Origin: Pseudomonadota bacterium
Lineage (GTDB): Bacteria > Pseudomonadota > Alphaproteobacteria > Rhodobacterales > Rhodobacteraceae
Length of the DNA: 64,000 nt
Direction of reading: 5' to 3'
Assembly (NCBI GenBank): GCA_039821195.1
Contig: JBCBON010000007.1
Span: forward strand, 91-64,090
Part shown: positions 10,482 through 20,535 of the stretch, in pieces
Position numbering within the stretch: the first letter of the stretch is position 1
Layout: each line of letters begins with the position of its first letter
The notes under the pieces: model-generated
Told to the model about the DNA's origin: nothing
What the model saw: only the letters and a program-made list of their open reading frames with translations
Databases searched by the model: none
Position numbers and translations under genes: made by a program

Positions 10482-11255
10482 TTAGCCCAGCTTCTCTAAA
10501 AACTCACCAGCTAAGGCTCGGTAGGCCTCCGCACCACGAGAATTTGTGTCATATTCTATGGCCGGAATTCCAAACGACGGCGCCTCTGACAAACGAACGT
10601 TTCGCGGGATGATTGTCTGAAAGACTAAGTCACCCAAGTGCTCTCGAGCATCGGCCTCTACCTGTGCAGACAGTCGGTTTCGGGAGTCCATCATGGTCAG
10701 CACAACAGAACTGATATGCAATGTAGGGTTTAAATTTTCCCGAATTTGACGAACCGTCAGGATAAGCTGTGTAAGACCCTCGAGCGCAAAAAACTCTGCC
10801 TGAAGTGGAACAAGGACGCTGTCTGCCGCTGCAAACGCATTGAGTGTCAAAACACTCAACGATGGCGGGCAATCAATAAAAATCACATCGTAATTCGCGT
10901 TGGAAAAATCATCCCTTTCGAGCCCGAGTTTTAACCGCAAAAGCCTGTGGGGTTCTTCGGTCATATCAACGTCGGCGGAACTCAAATCGCCCGTAGCAGG
11001 CAACAGCCAAAGATTGGGTGTATTTGTCTTAAGGATGGCGGAGTCGGCCGACATATCATCGACCAAAACATCGTAGGTCGTGATCTCGCGATCTTCTTTA
11101 TCGATACCCAAGCCGGTGGACGCATTGCCCTGAGGGTCGAAATCAATGATCAAAACTCGCTGGTCTTTTTCTGCCAAGGCCGCGCCCAAATTGATCGCTG
11201 TTGTTGTTTTTCCAACACCGCCCTTTTGGTTCGCGACGGCAATAACTTTGGTCAT
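10482..11255 (-). CDS. parA: Chromosome partitioning ATPase ParA
   Basis: MTKVIAVANQKGGVGKTTT deviant Walker A. Start trimmed to the ATG at 11255, because the longer ORF would overlap rsmG. Confidence 0.95.
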   Translation of the reverse strand: MTKVIAVANQKGGVGKTTTAINLGAALAEKDQRVLIIDFDPQGNASTGLGIDKEDREITTYDVLVDDMSADSAILKTNTPNLWLLPATGDLSSADVDMTEEPHRLLRLKLGLERDDFSNANYDVIFIDCPPSLSVLTLNAFAAADSVLVPLQAEFFALEGLTQLILTVRQIRENLNPTLHISSVVLTMMDSRNRLSAQVEADAREHLGDLVFQTIIPRNVRLSEAPSFGIPAIEYDTNSRGAEAYRALAGEFLEKLG

Positions 11256-11262
11256 GTAGCGT

Positions 11263-11886
11263 TCAAGTCCGTTGAAAGACGTCGGACAAAACAAGCAAAC
11301 GCGCGTCCGAGTCGGTGACACTCTGATAGATGGTCTGTTTGAAGGACCATGAATCCTGCGCAGCTTCAAGTTCCGCTTGAGCAGTTTTCCCCTTCGGCAA
11401 AATGAATCTTGTGGATGGTTTTGTGAAAGGCGTGGATAGTCTGAGGATATCTTTTAAAGCCGCCAAAGCACGCGCCGAAATTACATCTGCCGGTTGAATT
11501 TTTACGGTTTCGATCCGAGCATTTAAAACAGTGGTTCCAAAGCCGAGCTCTCTAGCTGCCTGCCGGAGAAAAACACACTTTCGCTGATCGCTATCGACCA
11601 AAGTGATCTCGAGGTCTGGGCTTTTTTCGTAGGCTAACGCGGCAATGACCAGCCCCGGAAACCCCCCGCCTGAGCCTAAATCAATCCATGTTTCAGCCTG
11701 TTCAGGCTTCACCTTCCAAAGCTGAGCGGAGTCCCTGATGTGTCGATCCCAAAACTCCTCTGATGGCAGCGGTGCAATGAGATTGACCTTACGTGTCCAT
11801 TTAAGAGTAAGCGCTTGCAGGCGTTCGAGGCGAGCCAGTGTTTCACGTGAAACATCTGCAAGTGGGTCATCAGGCAGATTGAGCAT
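11263..11886 (-). CDS. rsmG: 16S rRNA (guanine527-N7)-methyltransferase RsmG (GidB)
   Basis: 207 aa. [11 protein letters not shown]-terminal motif, the [14 protein letters not shown]-binding motif, and its position between mnmG and parA. Confidence 0.9.
   Translation of the reverse strand: MLNLPDDPLADVSRETLARLERLQALTLKWTRKVNLIAPLPSEEFWDRHIRDSAQLWKVKPEQAETWIDLGSGGGFPGLVIAALAYEKSPDLEITLVDSDQRKCVFLRQAARELGFGTTVLNARIETVKIQPADVISARALAALKDILRLSTPFTKPSTRFILPKGKTAQAELEAAQDSWSFKQTIYQSVTDSDARLLVLSDVFQRT
11839..11854. promoter_or_regulatory. parS: parS centromere-like ParB binding site (perfect 16-bp palindrome TGTTTCACGTGAAACA), inside rsmG
   Basis: Read directly at 11839-11854. It is identical to the established parS consensus and lies about 1.4 kb from parB. 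Confidence 0.8.
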
Positions 11887-13741
11887 GTTCCGCTTGCTTT
11901 AAACGACCAAGTATCAGGGTCAGCGCCGCTGGCGTCATTCCATCAATACGCCTTGCTTGAGCCAAAGTCTCTGGCCGGATGCGATCAAGCTTATGCTGAA
12001 GCTCATTTGACAAACCTGGAATGCCTATAAATGAAAATGTACTTGGAATGACCAACGCCTCATCACGGCGCATAGCATCAATATCTCGGTTCTGGCGATC
12101 GAGGTAATGAGCATAGACCGCGTCTCGCGCAAGTTGATCGGATATCGTTGGCTTAATCGCGGAGAGCTCGGGCCAAACGCGTTCTAGGTCATCAAACCCG
12201 ATATCCGGGAAAGACAATAGATCCAAAGCTGAGCGGCGCTGCCCATCCTGATTAACCCGCAACCCGGCTGCCTGGGCCTCTGTCGGCGATAGACTTCGTT
12301 CAGAGAGCTGCAATTTCGCCGCTGCGAGCGCTTCCAGCTTCTTAGCGAACTCACCCCTTCTGTGGTCGGAGACACAGCCTATAACCTCCCCTTTTGCGGT
12401 GAGGCGTTGATCTGCGTTATCGGCCCGCAGTGACAATCGGTATTCGGCTCGGGAGGTGAACATGCGGTACGGTTCCGTCACACCCCGCGTCACAAGATCA
12501 TCGATCATAACACCGATATAGGCTTCGGCTCGATCGAAGGTGATCGGATCTTTCCCCTGCACGTCTGCAGCGGCGTTAAGGCCCGCTACAAGGCCCTGCG
12601 CCGCCGCTTCTTCGTAACCCGTGGTTCCGTTTATCTGTCCGGCGAGATACAGCCCTGGGACATCCTCGAGCGACAAACGTCGCGTGAGGATCTGCGGGTC
12701 CACGTAGTCGTATTCGATCGCGTAACCGGGCTGAAGAATAGTGACGTTCTCTAGCCCTTCGATGGAGCGCACATAAGCCTCTTGCACATCTTCTGGCAGC
12801 GAAGTCGAAATGCCATTTGGATAAATCACATTGTCCGACAAACTCTCTGGTTCCAAGAAAATCTGATGCGAGTTTTTATCTGCAAAGCGGACGATTTTAT
12901 CTTCTATCGAAGGGCAATACCGTGGACCGACCCCTTCGATATACCCACCATACATCGCCGAACGCGAAAGGTTCTTTTCAATGATTTCGTGTGTTTTTCC
13001 GTTTGTGTGGGTGATCCCACACGCAACCTGGAGCGCTGGTGCATGCGTTGAAAGGAACGAGAACAGCGTAGGTTTTTCGTCTGCTTCCTGCATATCAAGC
13101 CCTGACCAGTTTATCGTGGTGCCATCAAGGCGCGGCGGTGTGCCCGTTTTTAAACGGCCCAGCGGTAAGGCAAACCCATCGATCCGCTCTGCAAGTCGCG
13201 TTGTTGGATCTTCACCCATGCGCCCGCCAGGTATCTGGCGATCCCCGATATGGATCACTCCCCGCAAGAACGTGCCGGTGGTTAAGATAACTGCCCCAGC
13301 TTTAATCTCAGAACCATCTCTCAAAACAACCCCAATTACCCGATCGCCAGACATAAGAAAATCGGTGACTTCTCCTTCGACGACGCGAAGGCCGTCTTTC
13401 TTTGAGAACTCCTTTTGCATCGCTGTTCGGTACAGTGCCCGATCCGCTTGTGTGCGGGGACCTTGAACAGCCGGGCCTTTACGACAATTAAGAAGACGAA
13501 ACTGTATTCCAGCCTGATCGGCAACACGCCCCATGACGCCATCCAGCGCATCGATCTCTCTGACAAGATGACCCTTTCCCAAGCCACCGATTGCCGGGTT
13601 GCACGACATCTCGCCAATTTTTGCGAAAGCATGAGTAACCAAAATGGTATCCGCTCCCATGCGCCAAGAGGCCTGTGCCGCCTCCGCGCCAGCATGACCA
13701 CCACCGATTACTATGACATCGCAGTGTTTCACGTGAAACAA
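11870..13741 (-). CDS. mnmG: tRNA uridine 5-carboxymethylaminomethyl modification enzyme MnmG (GidA)
   Basis: 623 aa. [18 protein letters not shown] motif and conservation throughout. Its 3' end overlaps the rsmG start by 17 nt. Confidence 0.95.
   Translation of the reverse strand: MFHVKHCDVIVIGGGHAGAEAAQASWRMGADTILVTHAFAKIGEMSCNPAIGGLGKGHLVREIDALDGVMGRVADQAGIQFRLLNCRKGPAVQGPRTQADRALYRTAMQKEFSKKDGLRVVEGEVTDFLMSGDRVIGVVLRDGSEIKAGAVILTTGTFLRGVIHIGDRQIPGGRMGEDPTTRLAERIDGFALPLGRLKTGTPPRLDGTTINWSGLDMQEADEKPTLFSFLSTHAPALQVACGITHTNGKTHEIIEKNLSRSAMYGGYIEGVGPRYCPSIEDKIVRFADKNSHQIFLEPESLSDNVIYPNGISTSLPEDVQEAYVRSIEGLENVTILQPGYAIEYDYVDPQILTRRLSLEDVPGLYLAGQINGTTGYEEAAAQGLVAGLNAAADVQGKDPITFDRAEAYIGVMIDDLVTRGVTEPYRMFTSRAEYRLSLRADNADQRLTAKGEVIGCVSDHRRGEFAKKLEALAAAKLQLSERSLSPTEAQAAGLRVNQDGQRRSALDLLSFPDIGFDDLERVWPELSAIKPTISDQLARDAVYAHYLDRQNRDIDAMRRDEALVIPSTFSFIGIPGLSNELQHKLDRIRPETLAQARRIDGMTPAALTLILGRLKQAEHAQSA
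13725..13740. promoter_or_regulatory. parS: parS centromere-like ParB binding site (perfect TGTTTCACGTGAAACA), overlapping codons 1-6 of mnmG
   Basis: Read directly at 13725-13740. This second identical copy supplies the MFHVKH N-terminal codons of MnmG. Confidence 0.8.
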
Positions 13742-13753
13742 TCCTTGGTTTGA

Positions 13754-15043
13754 CTATTTGCCGATGCAGAATCGACTGAATACTTGGTCCAATATATGTT
13801 CGACATCCACATCGCCAATAAGCGATGAAAGCGCCTGTGCCGCATCTTGTAGAGCAACAGTGATAAGCTCTGGATTATCCAAAAGCTGATCAAGTGAACC
13901 TTCTGCGCGATCTAATGCAACGATTGCTGATTTTATCGCTTCTCCATGACGTTGATGAGTAGCCACGGCGTCGATCACAGCCCGCTTCGAAAGATGCTCC
14001 CGAACCATTTGTAAGAGCTCTGGAACGCCTTGGCCGGTTTTTCCCGAAATCGCCAGTTCCGGTGCTGACGGAAATAAATCAGCCTTAGGCGATACTCTCA
14101 GATCCCCTGGCTGGATATCAACATAACGCACTGCATCTGGCCCAACAAAAATACGAAGATCAGCGCTCCTTGCGCGATCCTCTGTTCGGGCAATCCCAAT
14201 TTTTTCGACCTCATCTTCAGCATCTCGTAAACCGGCTGTATCCAGAAAAGTTACCGGCAGCCCATCCAAGTCCATGCGCACTTCGACAATATCGCGCGTT
14301 GTACCAGCTATGTCCGACGTGATTGCAGCATCACGACCGGCAAGCGCATTCAATAGTGTCGATTTACCTACGTTCGGCGCCCCAATCAGGGCGACTTCAA
14401 AACCAGAACGAACCCGCTCGGAATACCAAAGCCCCTCTAACTCTGTCCTGAGCGAAGCCCGCGTGCGCTCAATCAGTTGGATAACATCGTGTCTAACATC
14501 GACCGGAACTTCTTCATCGGCGAAGTCGATCGTTGCTGCCACCAAGGCGAGAGCCTGAAGAACCAGATCACGCCACTCCAGCGTTTTCTTTGACAATGCA
14601 CCTTGCATCACTGTTAAGGCCTGACGGCGCTGAGCGTCCGTCTCGGCCTGTACCAAATCAGATAGACCCTCAACTTGGGCAAGATCCATACGACCATTTA
14701 GAAATGCGCGACGCGTAAATTCCCCGGCTTCAGCCGATCGAGCGCCTATCGCCTCTAGCTCTTGAGCTAAAGCATCGATTACCGCTGGTGACCCATGACA
14801 TTGGAATTCCACGACATCTTCGCCCGTAAAACTACTTCCTGATGGGAAAAACAGAACAAGCGCCTCATCAATCACCTCTCCGGCTCTACCGCGCAAACGC
14901 CGCAGTGAGGGATCCCGCGGCGCGATGTCTTGTCCAGTGATCGTCTTTTGAATGGTAAGCGCCTTTGGGCCACTCACGCGCATGATCGCAACGCCAGCCG
15001 CGCCAATTCCGGTGGCGCAGGCGAAAATCGTATCTCCGGACAT
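13754..15043 (-). CDS. mnmE: tRNA modification GTPase MnmE (TrmE)
   Basis: 429 aa. DTIFA N-terminus, GAPNVGKSTLLNAL G1 motif, DTAGLR G3 motif, and the C-terminal FCIGK tail. Confidence 0.95.
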   Translation of the reverse strand: MSGDTIFACATGIGAAGVAIMRVSGPKALTIQKTITGQDIAPRDPSLRRLRGRAGEVIDEALVLFFPSGSSFTGEDVVEFQCHGSPAVIDALAQELEAIGARSAEAGEFTRRAFLNGRMDLAQVEGLSDLVQAETDAQRRQALTVMQGALSKKTLEWRDLVLQALALVAATIDFADEEVPVDVRHDVIQLIERTRASLRTELEGLWYSERVRSGFEVALIGAPNVGKSTLLNALAGRDAAITSDIAGTTRDIVEVRMDLDGLPVTFLDTAGLRDAEDEVEKIGIARTEDRARSADLRIFVGPDAVRYVDIQPGDLRVSPKADLFPSAPELAISGKTGQGVPELLQMVREHLSKRAVIDAVATHQRHGEAIKSAIVALDRAEGSLDQLLDNPELITVALQDAAQALSSLIGDVDVEHILDQVFSRFCIGK

Positions 15044-15055
15044 GCGTCCGGACCC

Positions 15056-16333
15056 CTACGTATTCATAGAGTCAAAGAACTCAGAATTCGATTTTGTCGG
15101 TTTCAGTTTACCCAACAAGAATTCGATTGCATCTGTGGTACCCATGGGATTGAGAATTCGACGCAGAACAAAGGTCTTGGTGAGATCGGCTTTCTCGACC
15201 AGCAGATCTTCTTTCCTCGTTCCAGACTTTAAAATATCGATCGCTGGGAAGACGCGTTTATCGGCAATCTTCCGATCCAGAACGATTTCAGAGTTACCGG
15301 TACCCTTAAATTCTTCAAAAATAACCTCATCCATGCGCGAGCCTGTATCAATAAGCGCTGTCGCTATAATTGTTAAAGACCCGCCTTCCTCGATATTACG
15401 CGCGGCGCCAAAGAAACGCTTTGGCCGCTGCAGCGCATTCGCGTCAACTCCACCGGTCAAAACTTTACCAGAGCTTGGTACAACGGTGTTAAATGCGCGA
15501 CCTAGCCGAGTGATAGAATCCAGTAGGATCACCACATCCCGACCGTGCTCAACCAGTCGCTTGGCTTTCTCGATCACCATTTCGGAAACCGCGACGTGCC
15601 GCGTTGCCGGCTCATCAAAAGTCGAGCTCACAACCTCTCCTTTTACTGATCGTTGCATGTCCGTCACTTCTTCGGGGCGTTCATCAATCAGCAAAACAAT
15701 GAGGTAACACTCTGGATGATTTTTTTCGATGCTGTTTGCTATATTCTGCAAAATAACCGTTTTACCGGTGCGTGGGGGGGCCACAATCAATGACCGCTGG
15801 CCTTTACCAATAGGCGAAACCAGATCAATTATACGTGCCGAGAGGTCCTTGATCGTTGGGTCTTCCACCTCCATCTTCAACCGCTGATCAGGATAAAGCG
15901 GTGTAAGATTGTCAAAGTGAACCTTATGCTTTGCCGCCTGTGGTTCTTCGAAATTTATTTGAGTTGTTTTTGTCAGAGCAAAATAACGCTCGTTCTCTTT
16001 TGGAGATGCGATCCAACCCTCTACTGTATCGCCCGTCCGCAACGAGTGCTTTCGGATCATGTCAGGTGACACATAGATGTCTTCTGGACCAGGAAGATAG
16101 TTTGCTTGAGGTGAGCGCAGAAAACCAAACCCGTCTTGCAAAACTTCTAAAACACCATCGCCTGAAACTTCAGCACCACCCTCAGCCATCTCTTTCAAAA
16201 TGGCGAACATCAATTCGCCCTTCCGAAGGGTTGAGGCATTGTCAATATCAAGGTCTTCTGCCATCTTAAGAAGATCACTCGCTGACGTCGCCTTCAATTC
16301 AGAAAGGTTCACTTTCTCTTGGTCCATTGCCAT
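15056..16333 (-). CDS. rho: Transcription termination factor Rho
   Basis: 425 aa. N-terminal RNA-binding domain ([14 protein letters not shown]), Walker A PPRTGKT, and LIDERPEEV. Confidence 0.95.
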   Translation of the reverse strand: MAMDQEKVNLSELKATSASDLLKMAEDLDIDNASTLRKGELMFAILKEMAEGGAEVSGDGVLEVLQDGFGFLRSPQANYLPGPEDIYVSPDMIRKHSLRTGDTVEGWIASPKENERYFALTKTTQINFEEPQAAKHKVHFDNLTPLYPDQRLKMEVEDPTIKDLSARIIDLVSPIGKGQRSLIVAPPRTGKTVILQNIANSIEKNHPECYLIVLLIDERPEEVTDMQRSVKGEVVSSTFDEPATRHVAVSEMVIEKAKRLVEHGRDVVILLDSITRLGRAFNTVVPSSGKVLTGGVDANALQRPKRFFGAARNIEEGGSLTIIATALIDTGSRMDEVIFEEFKGTGNSEIVLDRKIADKRVFPAIDILKSGTRKEDLLVEKADLTKTFVLRRILNPMGTTDAIEFLLGKLKPTKSNSEFFDSMNT

Positions 16334-16457
16334 GATGCATGCCGCCGCGTTCTCGCGGGCCTCTAATCTCGTTTTACGTAGAATCCTAAAGCCAACAGGA
16401 CGTCAGCCGTTGGTCGCGTAACGTAGGAACCAGCGGCTGTCAAATAATCCAGAACGG

Positions 16458-16907
16458 CTAGAACGGTTCAACGACAGCCATGATGACGATGATCAGCATC
16501 AGAAGAGTTGGAACTTCGTTCATCACGCGATAACCGCGGCTGCTGATAGGTCTCTGGCCCATCTCTAGTTTTTTGCGCTGAGAGCCCAGCCACATATGAA
16601 ACCACGTCATAATTATTACCATGATAGCCTTGATCCAAGGCCATATCGCCTGCCAATCGATTACGCCTGAGATCACGATGAGTAGCCCAAAGATCCAAGA
16701 TGCGATCATCGCTGGATTCATAATCGCTTTGAGTAACCGTCGTTCCATTATGATAAAGGTACCTATCTGAACCGTTTCGCGGTCAGCCGCTTCAACATGA
16801 TAGATGAACAAACGCGGCAAATAGAACAGACCAGCCATCCAAGCGATTACGGAGATAACGTGGAGCGCTTTCAACCACAGGTAGGTAGAGTTTAGAAAAT
16901 CAATCAT
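16458..16907 (-). CDS. hemJ: Protoporphyrinogen IX oxidase HemJ family membrane protein (UPF0093)
   Basis: 149 aa, about 4 TM helices, with the KALHVISVIAWMAGLFYLPRLFIYH signature of the HemJ family. Confidence 0.8.
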   Translation of the reverse strand: MIDFLNSTYLWLKALHVISVIAWMAGLFYLPRLFIYHVEAADRETVQIGTFIIMERRLLKAIMNPAMIASWIFGLLIVISGVIDWQAIWPWIKAIMVIIMTWFHMWLGSQRKKLEMGQRPISSRGYRVMNEVPTLLMLIIVIMAVVEPF

Positions 16908-16996
16908 TACACTCTCTTAAATAAATAAATTAAAAGAAAAAGATGTGGTTGATGTAGGTCGACCTTTGATCTGTGGATGCAACTATACCCCCATAC

Positions 16997-17005
16997 TTAT
17001 CCACA
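16997..17005 (+). promoter_or_regulatory. DnaA box, perfect consensus TTATCCACA
   Basis: Exact 9-mer read in sequence. It is followed after 1 nt by AATACAATG and by the 14-bp palindrome AATGTATATACATT (17012-17025). Confidence 0.7.
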
Positions 17006-17274
17006 GAATACAATGTATATACATTATATCCTCAAAGTGTGAATTATGATGATAACGCTAAATAACTGTTTATTTTCAGAAATTTAGTTAGCCTTAACGC
17101 TTGAGCAAAAGGTGAATATTATCAATCCCTAATCTTCACCTGTTCAAAATCATCATTATCCCCATGGGAATAAAGGATGAAGTAATGGGAGTATTTTTGA
17201 GTTTTTCTAATCAATTTGGATTTGAAGTGATCAGTTCAGATTTTGTGCCGAAGTGTCCTTGCTTTTCACCGGAC

Positions 17275-17283
17275 TTATCCACA
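17275..17283 (+). promoter_or_regulatory. DnaA box, perfect consensus TTATCCACA
   Basis: Exact 9-mer, 11 nt upstream of the maf ATG. It is followed after 4 nt by the same AATACAATG 9-mer seen after the first box. Confidence 0.7.
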
Positions 17284-17293
17284 AAACAATACA

Positions 17294-17887
17294 ATGATCG
17301 AGGTTACACTTGCTTCTGCGTCCACGACCCGTGCTCAATTATTTTCGGCTGCCGGGATAGCGATTCATCAAAAAGCAGCGAAAATTGATGAAGAAACCAT
17401 TCAGAAAGTTTTAGTTTTAGAAGAAGCATCACCAAGAGATATCGCGGATACCCTTGCTGAATATAAAGCGAGGCAAGTTGCGCTATCTCAAGATGGTCTC
17501 GTCATTGGTTGTGACCAAACGCTATCACTAAACAATCAGTTGATTACCAAGGCCACAGATCGAGACAAGGCAAGTGAGCATCTATTGACCCTGCAAGGCC
17601 AAACACACCTTCTTTATTCGGCGGCTGTAATTTACGAAGATCAAGTGCCTGTTTGGCGTGTTGTGCGGGAAGCAAAGTTGGTTATGCGGCCACTGACAAA
17701 GCAACAGATTGAAAATTACTTGGACCAGGTTGGAGATGATGTTCTGTCATCGGTTGGTTGCTACCATTTAGAGGGTATTGGCGCGCAACTTTTCACTAGT
17801 GTCGAAGGCAGTTACTTTACCGTGCTTGGCCTCCCGCTTCTTGATGTACTTGGTTTTCTGCGAACCAGAGGGATTGGTCTATCATGA
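17294..17887 (+). CDS. maf: Maf-like nucleoside triphosphate pyrophosphatase
   Basis: MIEVTLASASTTRAQLF.. N-terminus and GCDQ motif. Start trimmed to the ATG at 17294, since the longer ORF would run into the origin. Confidence 0.85.
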   Translation: MIEVTLASASTTRAQLFSAAGIAIHQKAAKIDEETIQKVLVLEEASPRDIADTLAEYKARQVALSQDGLVIGCDQTLSLNNQLITKATDRDKASEHLLTLQGQTHLLYSAAVIYEDQVPVWRVVREAKLVMRPLTKQQIENYLDQVGDDVLSSVGCYHLEGIGAQLFTSVEGSYFTVLGLPLLDVLGFLRTRGIGLS

Positions 17888-18696
17888 TGCGCGCTGGGGT
17901 GGTTGGCTGGCCAGTCAAACACAGCAAGTCGCCCATAATCCATGGACACTGGATTGCTGAATTTGATCTTGATGCCAAATATACAGCCATAAGTCTTGAA
18001 CCTGATCAGTTTGAGATGGGCATCCAAAAACTTGTTAAAGATGGATATCGGGGATGTAATGTGACGATCCCCCACAAAGAAGCTGCTTTTCAATTGGCAG
18101 ATACAATATCACCCCGAGCAGAGGCTATTGGCGCTGTTAACACGTTGGTTTTCAGAGATAATTTAATTTATGGTGATAACACTGACGGCATTGGCTTTCT
18201 AAACAATATATTAAGTGTGTTCCCTCAATGGGATGCATCAAAGGGGCCTGCTGCTGTTATCGGCGCTGGCGGTGCTGCACGAGCAATCATTTGGGCGCTC
18301 AAAGAAGCAAACTGCCCTGAAATTCGAATTTGGAACCGAACCATCGAGCGAGCGGCATCCCTAGCCGAAGATTTTGGATCGACGGTAAAAGCAATTGAAA
18401 ACGCGCCAGAAGAGGCATGCGACCAAGCACTGTTCCTCGTGAACACAAGTGCGTTGGGAATGGTCGGTCAACCAGAGTTACGGCTCGACATAAGTAGCTT
18501 AGATCCTTCCGCAATTGTTACAGACATCGTCTATAGTCCTTTAGAAACTCAATTGCTGCAAACTGCACGAGTGAAGGGCCACGGTGTGGTCGATGGATTC
18601 GGCATGCTGTTGCATCAGGCCGTTCCCGGTTTTGAAGCCTGGTTTGGTGTTAGACCAACCGTCACTAAAGCACTCAGAGCAAAGGTACTTGCGTGA
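17884..18696 (+). CDS. aroE: Shikimate dehydrogenase
   Basis: 270 aa. SKSPIIHG, NVTIPHK, VNT and GAGGAARA motifs. 4-nt overlap with maf. Confidence 0.9.
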   Translation: MMRAGVVGWPVKHSKSPIIHGHWIAEFDLDAKYTAISLEPDQFEMGIQKLVKDGYRGCNVTIPHKEAAFQLADTISPRAEAIGAVNTLVFRDNLIYGDNTDGIGFLNNILSVFPQWDASKGPAAVIGAGGAARAIIWALKEANCPEIRIWNRTIERAASLAEDFGSTVKAIENAPEEACDQALFLVNTSALGMVGQPELRLDISSLDPSAIVTDIVYSPLETQLLQTARVKGHGVVDGFGMLLHQAVPGFEAWFGVRPTVTKALRAKVLA

Positions 18697-19286
18697 CTTT
18701 TAAGCTTGGCTTGACCGGTTCGATCGGGATGGGAAAATCAACAGCGGCAAGCATGTTCCGCGATCAGGGAATACCTGTTTGGGACGCTGATCAGGCCGTG
18801 CATGAGCTCTATACTAAGGATCATAGAGTCATCGAACAGATTTCGGAGATCGTTCCAGACGCAAAAACAGAGGATGGCTTAGATAGGCAGGCTTTAAGAA
18901 TGGCTATTCAGCCTGATCCCGGATTGCTGGCTAAAATAGAAAGTATTGTGCATCCCGCTGTTCAAGCGCATCGAGAAGCTTTTCTGGAGGCAAATGGTGA
19001 TGCGGCACTCGTCGTCTTGGAAATACCATTGATCTTCGAGTTAAAAATTCACGCCCAGTTCGATGCTGTCGCTGTCGTCTCAACGGATGCGAATACGCAA
19101 AAAGCGCGCGTCCTGGGGCGTGGGACAATGTCAGAAGCAGACTTTGAACTGATTTTGTCGAAGCAGGTACCGGATGCGCAAAAACGAAAATTAGCCGATT
19201 TTATCATCCCGAGCGATACGCTCGAAACAGCGCAAAAATCAGTCCAAGGCATTATTGAAACCATTGGAGTTCCACGCCAATACTAA
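18693..19286 (+). CDS. coaE: Dephospho-CoA kinase
   Basis: 197 aa. LGLTGSIGMGKST P-loop and IPLLFE-like IPLIFEL motif. 4-nt overlap with aroE. Confidence 0.9.
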   Translation: MTFKLGLTGSIGMGKSTAASMFRDQGIPVWDADQAVHELYTKDHRVIEQISEIVPDAKTEDGLDRQALRMAIQPDPGLLAKIESIVHPAVQAHREAFLEANGDAALVVLEIPLIFELKIHAQFDAVAVVSTDANTQKARVLGRGTMSEADFELILSKQVPDAQKRKLADFIIPSDTLETAQKSVQGIIETIGVPRQY

Positions 19287-19289
19287 CAA

Positions 19290-19988
19290 ATGCGAGAAAT
19301 TGTTTTAGATACCGAAACCACCGGATTAAACCCTGATGCTGGCGATCGCATTGTTGAGATCGGTGGAGTTGAACTTCACAATCATGTTCCAACCGGACGT
19401 GTTTATCACCAGTATATCAATCCGGAACGCGACATGCCTCAAGAGGCCTATGACGTGCATGGATTGTCGATTGAGTTTCTTTCTGACAAGCCAGTGTTCT
19501 CTGCCGTTGCTCAAGCGTTTTTGGAATTTGTGGGTGATGCGAACCTGGTTATTCATAACGCCGCATTCGATATGAAATTTTTAAACGCTGAACTGACTTG
19601 GTCAGGAAATACAAATATCCCTTGGGCGCGGGCGGTGGACACACTTGATATCGCGCGTCAAAAATACCCTGGTGCGCAAAACTCGTTGGACGCGTTGTGT
19701 CGCCGCTACGGGGTGGACAACTCTGGCCGCGAAAAACACGGAGCGCTTCTGGATAGCGAACTGCTTGCAGAGGTTTACCTTGAACTTGTGGGAGGGCGCC
19801 AACCCGACTTCGCTCTCGCCAACATTCCTGTATCAGGATCGATTAGATCAAATCAGATCGATGCAGACACACCTATTGGCGCAAGACCAACCGAGTTATC
19901 CCCTCGAGTTTCCGAGGCAGAGCTTTCCGCCCATGCCGCGTTTGTAGACAAGCTGGGCGAAAACGCTTTGTGGCGCAAATTTAGTTAA
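19290..19988 (+). CDS. dnaQ: DNA polymerase III subunit epsilon (3'-5' exonuclease)
   Basis: 232 aa. ExoI VLDTETTGL, ExoII HNAAFDMKFL, ExoIII HGALLDSELLAEVY. Confidence 0.9.
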   Translation: MREIVLDTETTGLNPDAGDRIVEIGGVELHNHVPTGRVYHQYINPERDMPQEAYDVHGLSIEFLSDKPVFSAVAQAFLEFVGDANLVIHNAAFDMKFLNAELTWSGNTNIPWARAVDTLDIARQKYPGAQNSLDALCRRYGVDNSGREKHGALLDSELLAEVYLELVGGRQPDFALANIPVSGSIRSNQIDADTPIGARPTELSPRVSEAELSAHAAFVDKLGENALWRKFS

Positions 19989-20469
19989 CTGGCTGCTCGC
20001 CATTGGCCGACATGCGCCGCAGAAGCTCTCCTCGGTAGAGTGCGACAAAATCAATATTGTCGACGCTCAAAGGTGGAAAACCACCATCGGCCGTGACATC
20101 CCGGATGATGCGACGTGCGAAAGGGAACAAGAGACGAGGACACTCAATCATCAAAACGGCGTGCACCTGATTTTCAGGCACGTTCTTGATTAGGAACATA
20201 CCACCGTATTCAAGCTCCATTAGAAAGACATCCGCGTCTCCGCTTTTGGCTGACACTTTGAGTTTCATGATCAGCTCGTACTGTTCTGCAGATACAGTCT
20301 TGGCGTCCAGGTTCACTTGAACGCTAACTTCTGGTCGAAGCTCGCCATTCATGGATTTTTGAGCCGCGATGTTCTCAAAGCTAAGGTCACGCGTGTACTG
20401 ATTGATGATACTCACTTGGGGCTGAGGAGCTTGTTCCGTTGCCTCTGGTGTTGCCTCATTCTCAGACAT
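19981..20469 (-). CDS. secB: Protein-export chaperone SecB
   Basis: 162 aa. YTRDLSFE and ECPRLLFPFARRII motifs. Its stop overlaps the dnaQ stop by 8 nt. Confidence 0.9.
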   Translation of the reverse strand: MSENEATPEATEQAPQPQVSIINQYTRDLSFENIAAQKSMNGELRPEVSVQVNLDAKTVSAEQYELIMKLKVSAKSGDADVFLMELEYGGMFLIKNVPENQVHAVLMIECPRLLFPFARRIIRDVTADGGFPPLSVDNIDFVALYRGELLRRMSANGEQPVN

Positions 20470-20535
20470 ATCAAAACCTTTTATCCTGTTGCGACGCAGC
20501 GCTTAACAGCGAAGCAACTGACCTTCAACAAACTA

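Larger units (their letters stand above)
16908..17293. other. oriC: Probable chromosomal replication origin (oriC)
   Basis: The 386-bp non-coding gap is the most AT-rich stretch of the window. It holds two perfect DnaA boxes, and near-consensus boxes at 16944-16952 (rc TCAACCACA), 16972-16980 (rc GCATCCACA) and 17156-17164 (TTATCCCCA). Gene orientation switches here, and parAB plus two parS sites lie within 6 kb. Confidence 0.7.

Noticed and set aside
17084-17099. A possible CtrA-type site (TTTA-N7-TTAAC) in the origin, plus TTAA-N9-TTAA at 16917-16933.
   Set aside because: Neither matches the established TTAA-N7-TTAAC spacing and sequence exactly. A single degenerate match in AT-rich DNA is expected by chance.
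17164-17388. A 74-aa ORF inside the origin region, and the long 5' extension of the maf ORF (from 17243).
   Set aside because: It lies in AT-rich non-coding sequence carrying DnaA boxes and has no SD. The conserved Maf N-terminus starts at the ATG at 17294.
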